This document shows positions 46,588 to 55,476 of a stretch of 64,000 bases of DNA, one piece after another. Under the pieces are notes generated by a model. That model was not told the origin of the DNA. It saw only the letters and a list, made by a program, of their open reading frames with translations, and made no database searches. Position numbers and translations under genes: made by a program. The DNA lies in IMG/VR virus record IMGVR_UViG_3300023184_000024, positions 62,001-126,000 of that record; one strand, given 5' to 3'. Position 1 is the stretch's first letter; each line of letters starts with the position of its first letter.

Positions 46588-47715
46588 TTGTTAATGACTA
46601 GCCTGTTAGACACCGAGCAACATTGGGATAATAAAAATTGCGAATACGATTTGCAGACTTATAACTGGCCTGCGTGGACTCTGAAAGTCATACAAGAAAT
46701 TGTACCCGAAGTCACAGAGTTAGAAAAATTACACACATTCCTTGACCCTGCTGGCGTTGTCAAGGTCACACAACATGTGCAAAATGCATGTAGTCGACAA
46801 GAATTTATGACAATGTTTGATCAATTTGCCAATGACATTGTACCTCAAAGGATTGACAACAAGCAATACCTAGTGCAAAGACAAGGCACACTTAGAGTTG
46901 TTGTCCCAAATCAATCTTCTTACCATCGACGCTTGCCATTTCACAATGATTTTTTTGCTGGTAACGGTCGTGGATTAAGAACCGTTTGGATCCCGTTGAC
47001 CAAATCATATTATTCTAATACCATGTGGATGGTTGATCTGCCCACATCTAGGCGACTGGCACGACAGTTGGTTCAAGAAAAATGGAAACTGGAACGGTTT
47101 GAAAAAGAATGCATGAAGTATGCCTTTCCAGTTAACCTAAGCCCTGGACAATGCCATTTGTTTTTACAAGAGCACTTACATGGCAATGTCAACAATGAAG
47201 AAAACTATACCAGGGTGAGTTTAGATATGCGAATAATGGTCAGAGGCGAAGAGTACGGCCGCAAGACACCCGGGGGCTATCTACGGTTACCCGGTGATTA
47301 CGGCACCCCCAACAAAGATTATTCAGGCAAAACTTTTTTAACCTACGCTAGTTGGAATTCAGAATACTCAAGGCACATTCCGTTGCCCATGCAAAGATCT
47401 ATAATAGAACGATACTGTTCATCAAACAACATTAGATACAACGAGTATGCAGCCGATTTTGATCATTTGGATTATCAACCAGCATTGGAACAATGCATAC
47501 AACACAAGCCAGACGGTATAGTACTAACTAGTATGTTTTCATTGACAGATGATAAAACACGCAGAGACGAACTACTTGACTTGGCACTAGACTTGGGTGT
47601 ACAATTACATTTTGCCAACGAATGTTGTGCATTATGCAATCGGGTAGATCTCGAGAAAGTACAAACTTATTTAAACTTTGGGTTGGTCAAAAGCCGACCA
47701 TATGAATGGGAATAA
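46588..47715 (+). CDS. Fusion of 2OG-Fe(II) oxygenase and sporadic-carbohydrate-cluster-like domain
   Basis: LPFHND (HxD), HLHGNVNN.E..TRVSLDMR; C-terminal IPLPMQR.II..YC...DGIVL.S.FSL...LHFANE. Confidence 0.6.
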   Translation: MLMTSLLDTEQHWDNKNCEYDLQTYNWPAWTLKVIQEIVPEVTELEKLHTFLDPAGVVKVTQHVQNACSRQEFMTMFDQFANDIVPQRIDNKQYLVQRQGTLRVVVPNQSSYHRRLPFHNDFFAGNGRGLRTVWIPLTKSYYSNTMWMVDLPTSRRLARQLVQEKWKLERFEKECMKYAFPVNLSPGQCHLFLQEHLHGNVNNEENYTRVSLDMRIMVRGEEYGRKTPGGYLRLPGDYGTPNKDYSGKTFLTYASWNSEYSRHIPLPMQRSIIERYCSSNNIRYNEYAADFDHLDYQPALEQCIQHKPDGIVLTSMFSLTDDKTRRDELLDLALDLGVQLHFANECCALCNRVDLEKVQTYLNFGLVKSRPYEWE

Positions 47716-47729
47716 CACAGGAAGCGCAC

Positions 47730-48614
47730 ATGGAAAAAATTACATACACAGAAATCTTTTACAGTTTGCAAGGCGAGGGACGTTGGGCAGGAGTGCCCAG
47801 TGTTTTCTTCCGCACATTTGGCTGTAATCTTCGTTGCAAGAAATTCGGCAGGGATCGCAATGAAGTCATCGACGGGCCTAACCCCGAAGTTGTTGAGATC
47901 ATTCGCAACATTGACAAGTACAACAAGTTTGAAGAATTGCCATTGGTGACTTCGGGCTGTGACACTTATGCCAGTATCTATCCAGAATTTAAAAAGTTCA
48001 ACGAGCAGGGCACAGTTGAAGAAATTGTGGGCAAGATGCATGACATGATCCCGGGACAGCAATGGAGTGGAGTCAACGGGCTAGATGACGTACACTTGGT
48101 GATCACAGGTGGTGAACCGTTTTTGGCATATCAACAACTGTACCCAGAAATGATTCAACAGTGTCGGGATCGTGGACTGAGGAATCTAACATTCGAAACC
48201 AACGGTACTCAACCATTGTACGACAATGTTCGTGAATACTTGTTTGAAGAGTTTACTCGCCATGGCAGGGATTATGACCGGTTGACATTCAGTGTCAGTC
48301 CCAAGCTTCCGTGTTCAGGTGAGTCTTGGGACAAGGCCATCAATCCCAAGATCATCAAAGAGTATGAAAGTGTGGGCATGACTTACTTGAAGTTTGTTGT
48401 GGGCACTGAGCAGGACTTGCGTGATGTAGACCGTGCTGTGGAAGAGTTCCGTAGTGCAGGGTTTGGTGGGCCTGTGTATTTGATGCCCATTGGTGGTGTG
48501 CCGGGTGTATACAATCTAAATACACAACAAGTTGCCACCTTGGCCATGCGCCGTGGCTATCGCTACAGTCCAAGACTGCAAGTTGATATCTGGCGCAATG
48601 CCTGGGGTACATAA
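47730..48614 (+). CDS. queE: 7-carboxy-7-deazaguanine synthase (radical SAM)
   Basis: EIFYSLQGEG, FFRTFGCNLRC..(40 aa)..GCDT, ITGGEP, ETNGT, SVSPKL, PRLQVDIW. Confidence 0.9.
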   Translation: MEKITYTEIFYSLQGEGRWAGVPSVFFRTFGCNLRCKKFGRDRNEVIDGPNPEVVEIIRNIDKYNKFEELPLVTSGCDTYASIYPEFKKFNEQGTVEEIVGKMHDMIPGQQWSGVNGLDDVHLVITGGEPFLAYQQLYPEMIQQCRDRGLRNLTFETNGTQPLYDNVREYLFEEFTRHGRDYDRLTFSVSPKLPCSGESWDKAINPKIIKEYESVGMTYLKFVVGTEQDLRDVDRAVEEFRSAGFGGPVYLMPIGGVPGVYNLNTQQVATLAMRRGYRYSPRLQVDIWRNAWGT

Positions 48615-48615
48615 T

Positions 48616-49011
48616 ATGAAATTTTTAGATAACATAAAAAAGAAGTTTAAAAAACCTGCGCCAGCGCCGGTAGAAAAACCACATCCAGAAAAAAAGAAAA
48701 GCGAAAAAGATCGTGCCAGTGAAAAGGGAGAACCATATGTGGCTATCTTAAGCCTCGAAGTGGACCCAGATAATTTACATGCCGGAGCCTTTGAGCTAGA
48801 TTGGAATGACAAGTTTGTAGCAAACTTGGTAAGGGCAGGCTACCGGATGGGCCCAAAAGATGCTGATTCAGACATAGTCGATCGGTGGTTTCAAAATGTA
48901 TGCAGACACGTTGTAATGGAAACATGGGAACAAGAACAAGCAATGAATCCTCCAATACAACGATATACCAAGAGTAAAGACCTTGGCGATGGACGTCGGG
49001 AGGTTTCATGA
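48616..49011 (+). CDS. Hypothetical protein
   Basis: Start ATG 48616 (MKFLDNIKK); GAFELDWN..F motif. Confidence 0.6.
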   Translation: MKFLDNIKKKFKKPAPAPVEKPHPEKKKSEKDRASEKGEPYVAILSLEVDPDNLHAGAFELDWNDKFVANLVRAGYRMGPKDADSDIVDRWFQNVCRHVVMETWEQEQAMNPPIQRYTKSKDLGDGRREVS

Positions 49012-49196
49012 ATAAACAAAGTATTAATGAACGCATGACAGAACTGGCAATGCCAATTGAGCAACAAATTTTAATGTGTGACAGCAGAGAAGAGTTGCTG
49101 ATGATGGCCTGTGTTATGTTGCAACGCACACGAGAAATATTTGATCTAGAACTTGGCGAGCCAGGTAGAAAAGAAATGTTCAAGGAGTATGTATGA
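49008..49196 (+). CDS. Hypothetical protein
   Basis: GGAGG RBS, ATGA overlap. Confidence 0.6.
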   Translation: MNKQSINERMTELAMPIEQQILMCDSREELLMMACVMLQRTREIFDLELGEPGRKEMFKEYV

Positions 49197-49669
49197 TTTT
49201 TAACCACATCAAAGACCTCAAAGCCGAAGGCAAACGAATCGGCATCACATTCAGTCAATTTGATTTATTGCATGCTGGACACATAGCAATGTTGGCCGAA
49301 GCAAAGAATCACTGCGATTATTTGATTGCGGGATTACAAACAGATGCCAGCGTTGATCGTCCAGATTCAAAAAATCCCCCTGTGCAAAGCATTGTGGAAC
49401 GACAAATACAACTGAGTGCTTGTCGCTTTGTAGATGAAATTGTTGTTTACACCACAGAACGAGATTTAGTAGACTTGATACTCACACTGCCAATTGATGT
49501 GCGCATCCTGGGAAAAGAGTACGAAGACACCAACTTCACAGGTCGTAACGAAGGTGCGGCGTTGCAAATTGAACATGTGTTTAACAGCAGAGACCATTCG
49601 TTCTCTTCAAGTAGCTTGAGAAAACGTGTATACAATGCAGAAGCAGAAAAACTACTGCCAAAGATATGA
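49193..49669 (+). CDS. Cytidylyltransferase (TagD-like)
   Basis: FSQFDLLHAGH, ERQIQL.AC.FVDE, FSSSSLRKR. Confidence 0.88.
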   Translation: MIFNHIKDLKAEGKRIGITFSQFDLLHAGHIAMLAEAKNHCDYLIAGLQTDASVDRPDSKNPPVQSIVERQIQLSACRFVDEIVVYTTERDLVDLILTLPIDVRILGKEYEDTNFTGRNEGAALQIEHVFNSRDHSFSSSSLRKRVYNAEAEKLLPKI

Positions 49670-50373
49670 TTTTATATGTAAACGGTGATAGTCATGCTGC
49701 CGCGGCCGAAGCAGTTAACCAACATGCATTTGCCGAGGACGACGGCCAGTATTTTTACATGGGCAGGTCTCCGCACCCTGATAACATAGCAGTTAGTTGG
49801 GGCAAACGTCTGTCAGAAATTGTCAAAGCAGTTTTTCATTGCCAAGCGGAATCTGCCAGCAGTAATCAACGTATTATTCGCACTGCCCGCGAGTGGGTTG
49901 CCAATCATCAATTAGATCATCCTCGTACAGTGATGATCATTCAATGGAGCACCTGGGAACGACAAGAATGGTTGATTGATGGTACATACTATCAAATTAA
50001 CGCATCGGGCATAGACACAGTACCCGACAGTCACAAAGAAAAATACAAACAGTTTGTAGCTGACATTGATTGGGAACAGGTAACAATACAAGCCCACAAC
50101 GAAATTTGGGAATTCCACAAAGAACTGGAATCTCAAAACATCAAACATGTATTTTTCAACGGGAATAATTGTTTTGACAAGTATGTCACAGATCGTCGAG
50201 ACTGGAAAGAATCATATATTGGACCATATGATCCTGCCCAGACCTTTGATGGGTGGTTAAAAAACAACGGGTTTGACACAGTTTCGCCCAATTCCTGGCA
50301 TTACGACAAAGAAGCTCATACAGCCTGGAGTCGTTTTATGTTACAATACTGTATAGCCAACAAACTAATATAA
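49666..50373 (+). CDS. SGNH-hydrolase-like hypothetical protein
   Basis: YVNGDSH (GDS); C-terminal WHY..EAH. Confidence 0.5.
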   Translation: MILYVNGDSHAAAAEAVNQHAFAEDDGQYFYMGRSPHPDNIAVSWGKRLSEIVKAVFHCQAESASSNQRIIRTAREWVANHQLDHPRTVMIIQWSTWERQEWLIDGTYYQINASGIDTVPDSHKEKYKQFVADIDWEQVTIQAHNEIWEFHKELESQNIKHVFFNGNNCFDKYVTDRRDWKESYIGPYDPAQTFDGWLKNNGFDTVSPNSWHYDKEAHTAWSRFMLQYCIANKLI

Positions 50374-50378
50374 CCTCA

Positions 50379-51401
50379 ATGAACTACCTACTGATAGACA
50401 CTGCTAACATGTTTTTCCGGGCACGGCACGTGGCCTTTCGAGCCGCTGATCCCTGGGAAAAAGTAGGCTCAGCATTGCATATCACATTGAGTGCAATTAA
50501 CAAAGTCTACAAAAAATTCAATGTAGACCATGTAATTTTTGCACTGGAAGGTCGAAGCTGGCGCAAAGACTTTTACACTCCGTACAAGCGCAATCGCAGT
50601 GATGCTAGAGCCGCACACACCGAATCTGAACAAGAAGAAGATAAACTGTTTTGGGAAACGTTCGACAGCTTCACTAAATACTTGAGTGAACAAACAAATT
50701 GTTCTGTTATTAGACATGAGCAAGCAGAAGCCGATGATATCATAGCCCGGTGGATCGCACTACATCCTGAAGATCAACACACAATTGTGTCAAGCGACAC
50801 AGATTTTGTTCAGCTTTTGGCAAACAATGTACAACAGTACAATGGCATTTCGGATGAGCTATTGACCATTGATGGTATATTTGATGCCAAGGGCAAGCCG
50901 GTGATTGATAAGAAAACCAAAGCACCCAAGACGATTCCTGATCCTTCTTGGCTGTTGTTTGAAAAAATCATGCGTGGCGACACCAGTGACAATGTGTTTT
51001 CGGCTTTTCCGGGTGTGCGTGAAAAAGGTACCAAGAACAAAGTGGGTCTAAGAGAAGCATTTGCTGACAAAGATAAAAAAGGCTATTCTTGGAATAATAT
51101 GATGCTTCAGCGTTGGGTTGACCACAATGGTGACGAACATAGGGTATTAGACGATTATGAACGCAATCAAATTCTCATTGACTTGACTGCGCAACCCGAA
51201 CACATCAAAGAAAAAGTCGATGTTGCCATCAAAGAACAAGTTAGTCACAAAGACACCGGACAGGTTGGTGTGAGATTTATGAAATTCTGCGGTCGTTACG
51301 AACTTAACCGTGCCAGTGAGTCAGCTGAACAATACAGTCAATGGCTCAATCAAACTTATAAAGGAGTATTAAATGATTATAGCGAAACCAGTGATACCTA
51401 A
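50379..51401 (+). CDS. rnh: RNase H / 5'-3' exonuclease (T4 Rnh-like, FEN family)
   Basis: LIDTANMFFR, EADDIIA, SSDTDFVQL, GDTSDNV. Confidence 0.9.
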   Translation: MNYLLIDTANMFFRARHVAFRAADPWEKVGSALHITLSAINKVYKKFNVDHVIFALEGRSWRKDFYTPYKRNRSDARAAHTESEQEEDKLFWETFDSFTKYLSEQTNCSVIRHEQAEADDIIARWIALHPEDQHTIVSSDTDFVQLLANNVQQYNGISDELLTIDGIFDAKGKPVIDKKTKAPKTIPDPSWLLFEKIMRGDTSDNVFSAFPGVREKGTKNKVGLREAFADKDKKGYSWNNMMLQRWVDHNGDEHRVLDDYERNQILIDLTAQPEHIKEKVDVAIKEQVSHKDTGQVGVRFMKFCGRYELNRASESAEQYSQWLNQTYKGVLNDYSETSDT

Positions 51402-51816
51402 TCAGTATTGGATACTCAAAAAAGACAACCAAAAAGTTGGAAATATTGAAGCAGTGGATGATGGGTTTTCTGTTAAAATCAACAACAACATCACAAGATT
51501 TAAAACCATTAACATGGTTGAGCAACGGGTGGGAGTCAATTTTGAAACATTGAACCGCTGTCCATTAAATGAAAATCCAAATCAAGTGCATGATTATCCC
51601 ACTAATGGAAAACCTCATAATTCGTTGTTTGATGTACAACATCAATTGCCATTATGGACCAAAGATGGAAAATCCAAGTCTTGGTATGCGGCAGGATGGT
51701 ACCGTGTGCGAATAGAACGCCATTGGAAAACTGTGCAATGCCCAAAGCTGATTACTCTTAAAAGATACGAGTACAAAGGTCCTTTCTACACACAAGACGA
51801 AGCGGCCAGATCATGA
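51373..51816 (+). CDS. Hypothetical protein
   Basis: AAGGAG RBS; overlaps the rnh end. Confidence 0.65.
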   Translation: MIIAKPVIPNQYWILKKDNQKVGNIEAVDDGFSVKINNNITRFKTINMVEQRVGVNFETLNRCPLNENPNQVHDYPTNGKPHNSLFDVQHQLPLWTKDGKSKSWYAAGWYRVRIERHWKTVQCPKLITLKRYEYKGPFYTQDEAARS

Positions 51817-52034
51817 GTTTACACATCAATAGATTCATTGACAAACTCAAGGCCTCGGACAGTCGCGGCCAAAGAGACTTCATCATGACCATGTCAGAAG
51901 CCAAAGACCTTCATGCTGACATCACCAAGTTGCTGTTGGGACTTCATGTGCTACATGAACAAACACAGGCAAAAGCCGCATCAATGGCTCAAACAGACGA
52001 CATCGAAGTTGAAATACAAGGATCTTCATTTTAA
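51813..52034 (+). CDS. Hypothetical protein
   Basis: Coupled ORF. Confidence 0.6.
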   Translation: MSLHINRFIDKLKASDSRGQRDFIMTMSEAKDLHADITKLLLGLHVLHEQTQAKAASMAQTDDIEVEIQGSSF

Positions 52035-52076
52035 AACTACCCACATTAAGCATAAATAAAATGTAGGGAGTTTTCA

Positions 52077-52382
52077 ATGAGTAGACCAAAACCCAAAGTC
52101 CTATTAGACTTAACTAATAAGACCAGTTATAAAACCGAACAAGTTCTGGCAGCCGAAGGCATTTGGGCAGTATTCTTTGACGGCCAGCCAATCAACCTTA
52201 AAACCAGTAACCTGTTGGTGCAGTATCCTGGACCAAAGTATAAAAAGGTAAGTTTTTCAAACCAAGGTCACGCCATTAATTTGGCCAAAAAATTAAACAC
52301 ACAATTTCGGTCAGATAAATTTTCAGTGGTGTTGTTGACATCTGGTCAACAAATCTTTCCCAATGAAAACAGTAAAGCGTGA
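52077..52382 (+). CDS. Hypothetical protein
   Basis: ATAAATA (52052) and GGGAG RBS upstream; YKKVSFSN.GHA motif. Confidence 0.7.
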   Translation: MSRPKPKVLLDLTNKTSYKTEQVLAAEGIWAVFFDGQPINLKTSNLLVQYPGPKYKKVSFSNQGHAINLAKKLNTQFRSDKFSVVLLTSGQQIFPNENSKA

Positions 52383-52725
52383 TCTCACTGAGCACATCTT
52401 AAATTTGTTGCCCGAGGGTAACCAAATTACAATAGACCAAGCACTTAAAACATGGTATCAAAATATTAGACCCAATGGCGGTCTGCGATTAACCAGTGCT
52501 GGTTATCAGGTCCTGCAGTTATTGAATATCGAATCTTGGACGATAGAATTTGATAATATTAAAAAACATATTTCTCAACGAGAATTGCTGAGCTTAGACC
52601 ATAAAATCAAATACCCTTATTACATTGATTTTAAAGGCAAACGTCTTATTCTATTTTCCAGTAAAGAAGCAATGTTGGCTACACTCTACGGGGACCTAAA
52701 AAAATTCCTTGAAAATTACAGTTGA
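52363..52725 (+). CDS. Hypothetical protein
   Basis: Overlapping operon ORF. Confidence 0.6.
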   Translation: MKTVKRDLTEHILNLLPEGNQITIDQALKTWYQNIRPNGGLRLTSAGYQVLQLLNIESWTIEFDNIKKHISQRELLSLDHKIKYPYYIDFKGKRLILFSSKEAMLATLYGDLKKFLENYS

Positions 52726-52750
52726 CCAGAAATTCAACTTCGGTTATACT
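52722..52750 (+). promoter_or_regulatory. sigma70 early promoter (cassette 1)
   Basis: TTGACC-N17-TATACT. Confidence 0.8.
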
Positions 52751-52777
52751 GTAAGTACAGTAAAAGAAAGGGAATAT

Positions 52778-52945
52778 ATGTCAAAATATACATTTATTGT
52801 TAACCCTAAAGTTAAAGAGATATTGGAATTATCCGATAAACTCCGTGAATGTTTAGAGTATCCCAACAGCGAAAACTCAAGGGATGAGCGACACTACTCA
52901 GAGCATTTTGAAGCTGAGATTATCAAGGTTATCAAGAGAAAATAA
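52778..52945 (+). CDS. 55-aa hypothetical early protein
   Basis: True start is ATG 52778 downstream of the promoter and a GGGA RBS. Confidence 0.6.
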   Translation: MSKYTFIVNPKVKEILELSDKLRECLEYPNSENSRDERHYSEHFEAEIIKVIKRK

Positions 52946-52948
52946 CCA

Positions 52949-53015
52949 ATAATATTATCGATAATCCCGATAATATTATCGATAATCCAGCTTAATCCAG
53001 CTTATATTCCAGCTT
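52949..53015. repeat. Tandem palindromic repeats in intergenic DNA
   Basis: ATAATATTATCGATAATCC at 52949 and 52970, each containing the palindrome ATTATCGATAAT; then three TCCAGCTT units. Confidence 0.8.
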
Positions 53016-53071
53016 GTTGTTAAAAAACAACACAGATTTTGGTTGACCAGAATTGCAAGATCGGTTATAAT
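53016..53071 (+). promoter_or_regulatory. GTTG-N8-CAAC operator plus sigma70 promoter (cassette 2)
   Basis: GTTG(53016)-N8-CAAC(53031); TTGACC(53043)-N17-TATAAT(53071). Confidence 0.8.
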
Positions 53072-53077
53072 ACTAGT

Positions 53078-53416
53078 ATGGAAATTAAAAAAGCAACCCG
53101 CAAAAAACGTGCAGATCGCACTCACATCATTTACCGCATTGAGAGCGGTGCAGACTTCTACATTGGTGTCACAGCCAAAACAGAAAGCACTGTTTTGAAG
53201 AGTGTAAAAACACGCATCAACAAGCACATCTATCGCTCACGTAGCGAAGACAAAAGCTGGGCCTTGTACGAAGCAATTCGTGCTCGCGGCACTGGTGCTT
53301 TCCAGTTCCGTATCGTTGCAGTTGTGCGTGGCAAAACAGAAGCTCACACCGCAGAACGTGCTCTGATCCGTGAACTCAAGCCCAACTTGAACACCGATGT
53401 ACGTGGTGTTGTTTAA
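53078..53416 (+). CDS. GIY-YIG-like nuclease domain protein
   Basis: IIYRIE...FYIGVT; R...H; HxAE..LI..LKPNLN; start ATG 53078. Confidence 0.7.
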   Translation: MEIKKATRKKRADRTHIIYRIESGADFYIGVTAKTESTVLKSVKTRINKHIYRSRSEDKSWALYEAIRARGTGAFQFRIVAVVRGKTEAHTAERALIRELKPNLNTDVRGVV

Positions 53417-53464
53417 ACGCAACACTACATTTTGGTTGACCAGAATTCGCCAATTTCGTATAAT
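53408..53464 (+). promoter_or_regulatory. GTTG-N8-CAAC operator plus sigma70 promoter (cassette 3)
   Basis: GTTG(53408)-N8-CAAC(53423); TTGACC(53436)-N17-TATAAT(53464); AAGGAG RBS. Confidence 0.85.
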
Positions 53465-53494
53465 ACGAGTATAGTAAACAAAAAGGAGTCAAAT

Positions 53495-53779
53495 ATGTCA
53501 TACGTAATCGTTGCAAAAGGTACCGGTTTAATTGTCACAGACGGTCCCAACAAAACCCGTGCCTACAAAACATTTGGTGCCGCTAAAGCAACTCGTACCC
53601 GTCTCTGCACCAAAGCAGGGTGGACAGAAGACCAACTCAACATTGTGGATCGCATCACTTACACCGCTCCCCAGAGACGGATGACTGTACTCAACTTGAT
53701 GACAGGCAAGCCTGTTGAGATTGATGCTGACACACCTTGGGCTTGCCGTGTAGACAGCGAAACATACTGGAGCAATTAA
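53495..53779 (+). CDS. Hypothetical early protein
   Basis: True start ATG 53495 after AAGGAG; C-terminal TPW.C.VDSETYW motif. Confidence 0.7.
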   Translation: MSYVIVAKGTGLIVTDGPNKTRAYKTFGAAKATRTRLCTKAGWTEDQLNIVDRITYTAPQRRMTVLNLMTGKPVEIDADTPWACRVDSETYWSN

Positions 53780-53780
53780 T

Positions 53781-54011
53781 ATGACAAATATCGCACCACG
53801 TTCTTTTACATTTGATGTCGTAGTAAGAGAAACTGCCGATGGTCGTGTCACCCGGTCCTCCACAGGCGGACCATGGCTACGATTGGCCAGAAAAATGGCC
53901 AAAGCTGGCACAGCCCGACTTGCAGTACAAGGCGGCGGCGTTATGGGGTACGGACGCTCATATGATGTTGGTTATTCTAAGTTGATTTATACAGTAACGG
54001 AGATTGTATAA
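53781..54011 (+). CDS. Hypothetical protein
   Basis: Coupled ORF. Confidence 0.55.
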   Translation: MTNIAPRSFTFDVVVRETADGRVTRSSTGGPWLRLARKMAKAGTARLAVQGGGVMGYGRSYDVGYSKLIYTVTEIV

Positions 54012-54154
54012 TGAAAGTCATTTACAACGGTTTGCTGGCAGGTTGGTACATTGTGCGTGGCGCACATCAAACACCCATTTCGGGCAGATTTGACAGTAAA
54101 GAATTGGCACTGGCCCATTTGCGTAGACGCAATCCTTTTCACACAGGAATTTAA
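54011..54154 (+). CDS. 47-aa hypothetical protein (below ORF-track cutoff)
   Basis: TAATG overlap; MKVIYNGLLAGWYIVRGAHQTPISGRF. Confidence 0.6.
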   Translation: MKVIYNGLLAGWYIVRGAHQTPISGRFDSKELALAHLRRRNPFHTGI

Positions 54155-54155
54155 A

Positions 54156-54557
54156 ATGGAAGTCTATATTGAAGGTCGTACAAAGGCCTGTAAATTTGTA
54201 GAGTCATTGATTCCCTCCATGCTGGAACAATTGAAGCTGACCAAAAGCCGAAAACTCTTGCACATCATTCTTGACCCCGATATCGACGAGCTTGGCAGTA
54301 CCATTCCATTGGATGGCATAGACACTTACTTGGTGGTTCTCAAGCCCACCCGAGACTTGTTTGCCTTGGGTGCTACCTTGGCGCACGAGCTCACCCATGT
54401 GTCACAATTTGCCAAAGGCACTCTACAGGTCACACCCAAAGGAAAGAAATGGCGTGGCAAGTTCTACGGCCGCAACGTCCCGTATCTAAATCAACCTTGG
54501 GAAATACAAGCATTTTCCAAGCAAGAAATTGTAATGCGCAGGGCCATAGAGCTTTGA
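54156..54557 (+). CDS. Zincin-like HExxH protein
   Basis: TLAHELTHVSQ; PWEIQA; AGGA RBS supports ATG 54156. Confidence 0.75.
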   Translation: MEVYIEGRTKACKFVESLIPSMLEQLKLTKSRKLLHIILDPDIDELGSTIPLDGIDTYLVVLKPTRDLFALGATLAHELTHVSQFAKGTLQVTPKGKKWRGKFYGRNVPYLNQPWEIQAFSKQEIVMRRAIEL

Positions 54558-54723
54558 TGTTGTGCAAAACCAGCCCCAAATCAGTGGCTAAAAGTAGTAC
54601 TTGAGTTTGCAGTTTTAACCCCTAAAACTAGTACTAAAGTACACATTTTTCTCTGTCAGGGTGTTTAATTTCCCTAGATGTTGTGCAAACGCATCTTAGC
54701 ACACAAAAACAGCGTAAAACCGC

Positions 54724-54755
54724 GGTTGACCAGAAATACCCATTTTGCTATAATA
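54724..54755 (+). promoter_or_regulatory. sigma70 promoter (cassette 4), 32 bp identical to 55029-55060
   Basis: GGTTGACCAGAAATACCCATTTTGCTATAATA. Confidence 0.85.
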
Positions 54756-54783
54756 CGAGTATAGTAAGAAAAAGGAGCTAAAA

Positions 54784-55011
54784 ATGATTCATCAAAACAT
54801 ACAAAAACTCATCAATGATTACCAGGAAATTCTGGACCGAGATCCCATGGATCAGAAGGAAGACACTCAAAGCATTCTCACTCGCTTTGCCCAAGTATTG
54901 GCCACAGAGCTAGGCGAAATCGTAGTAGCAAGTCCTTACATGGAAGGCGTTCACATGTACTTTGACGAGAAGATTGCTCGCTATGAAATTAAGCAAGCAG
55001 TAGGGTTGTAA
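54784..55011 (+). CDS. Hypothetical early protein
   Basis: AAGGAG RBS after the promoter. Confidence 0.7.
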   Translation: MIHQNIQKLINDYQEILDRDPMDQKEDTQSILTRFAQVLATELGEIVVASPYMEGVHMYFDEKIARYEIKQAVGL

Positions 55012-55060
55012 AAAAACAACGGTATTTTGGTTGACCAGAAATACCCATTTTGCTATAATA
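55005..55060 (+). promoter_or_regulatory. GTTG-N8-CAAC operator plus sigma70 promoter (cassette 5)
   Basis: GTTG(55005)-N8-CAAC(55020); TTGACC(55031)-N17-TATAAT(55059). Confidence 0.85.
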
Positions 55061-55089
55061 GAAGTATAGTAAGAAACAAGGAGCACTAA

Positions 55090-55467
55090 ATGACTACAGA
55101 CTTCAAAAGTTGGGACGAGTTAAGCGATTTGGAACAAGCCCAAGCCACTTTTTGGGACATGTATAAGGACGCCTACGGTGTTCGTCCCCGTGGTGTTGAT
55201 ACCTCTGCTTGGACTCTTGATGATTTTACATCTGAGTTTGTGATCCTTGGTCAAGCCATTGACCGTGAAGAGACAGCTCGCAAGGCGTCAGAAGCTCAGG
55301 CTGTCACAGCCTTTGAGCGCCGTATTGCTGAATTGATCAGCACAGGCGCCCGGGACTATGAAATGGCTCTGCGCTGGATTCACGAAGCCGAAGAGACTCG
55401 TGGCGACGATGACTATCTTGCCTGGACTCTGGGCTTGCCCTATCAATACTTCCGCAAAGCGGCTTAA
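55090..55467 (+). CDS. Hypothetical early protein
   Basis: AAGGAG RBS; YKDAYGVRPRG motif. Confidence 0.72.
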   Translation: MTTDFKSWDELSDLEQAQATFWDMYKDAYGVRPRGVDTSAWTLDDFTSEFVILGQAIDREETARKASEAQAVTAFERRIAELISTGARDYEMALRWIHEAEETRGDDDYLAWTLGLPYQYFRKAA

Positions 55468-55476
55468 GGAGCAACA

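Noticed and set aside
53039-53077. ORF-track N-terminal extensions MVDQN... (53039, 53432) and MKITVDQK... (52709)
   Set aside because: They are translations of the promoter cassette (GTTGACCAGAA). True starts lie downstream of the -10 box at 53078, 53495 and 52778.
53078-53416. Mobile homing endonuclease
   Set aside because: At only 112 aa it lacks a DNA-binding extension and is not within an intron or next to a conserved target gene. It is kept as a GIY-YIG-like domain only.
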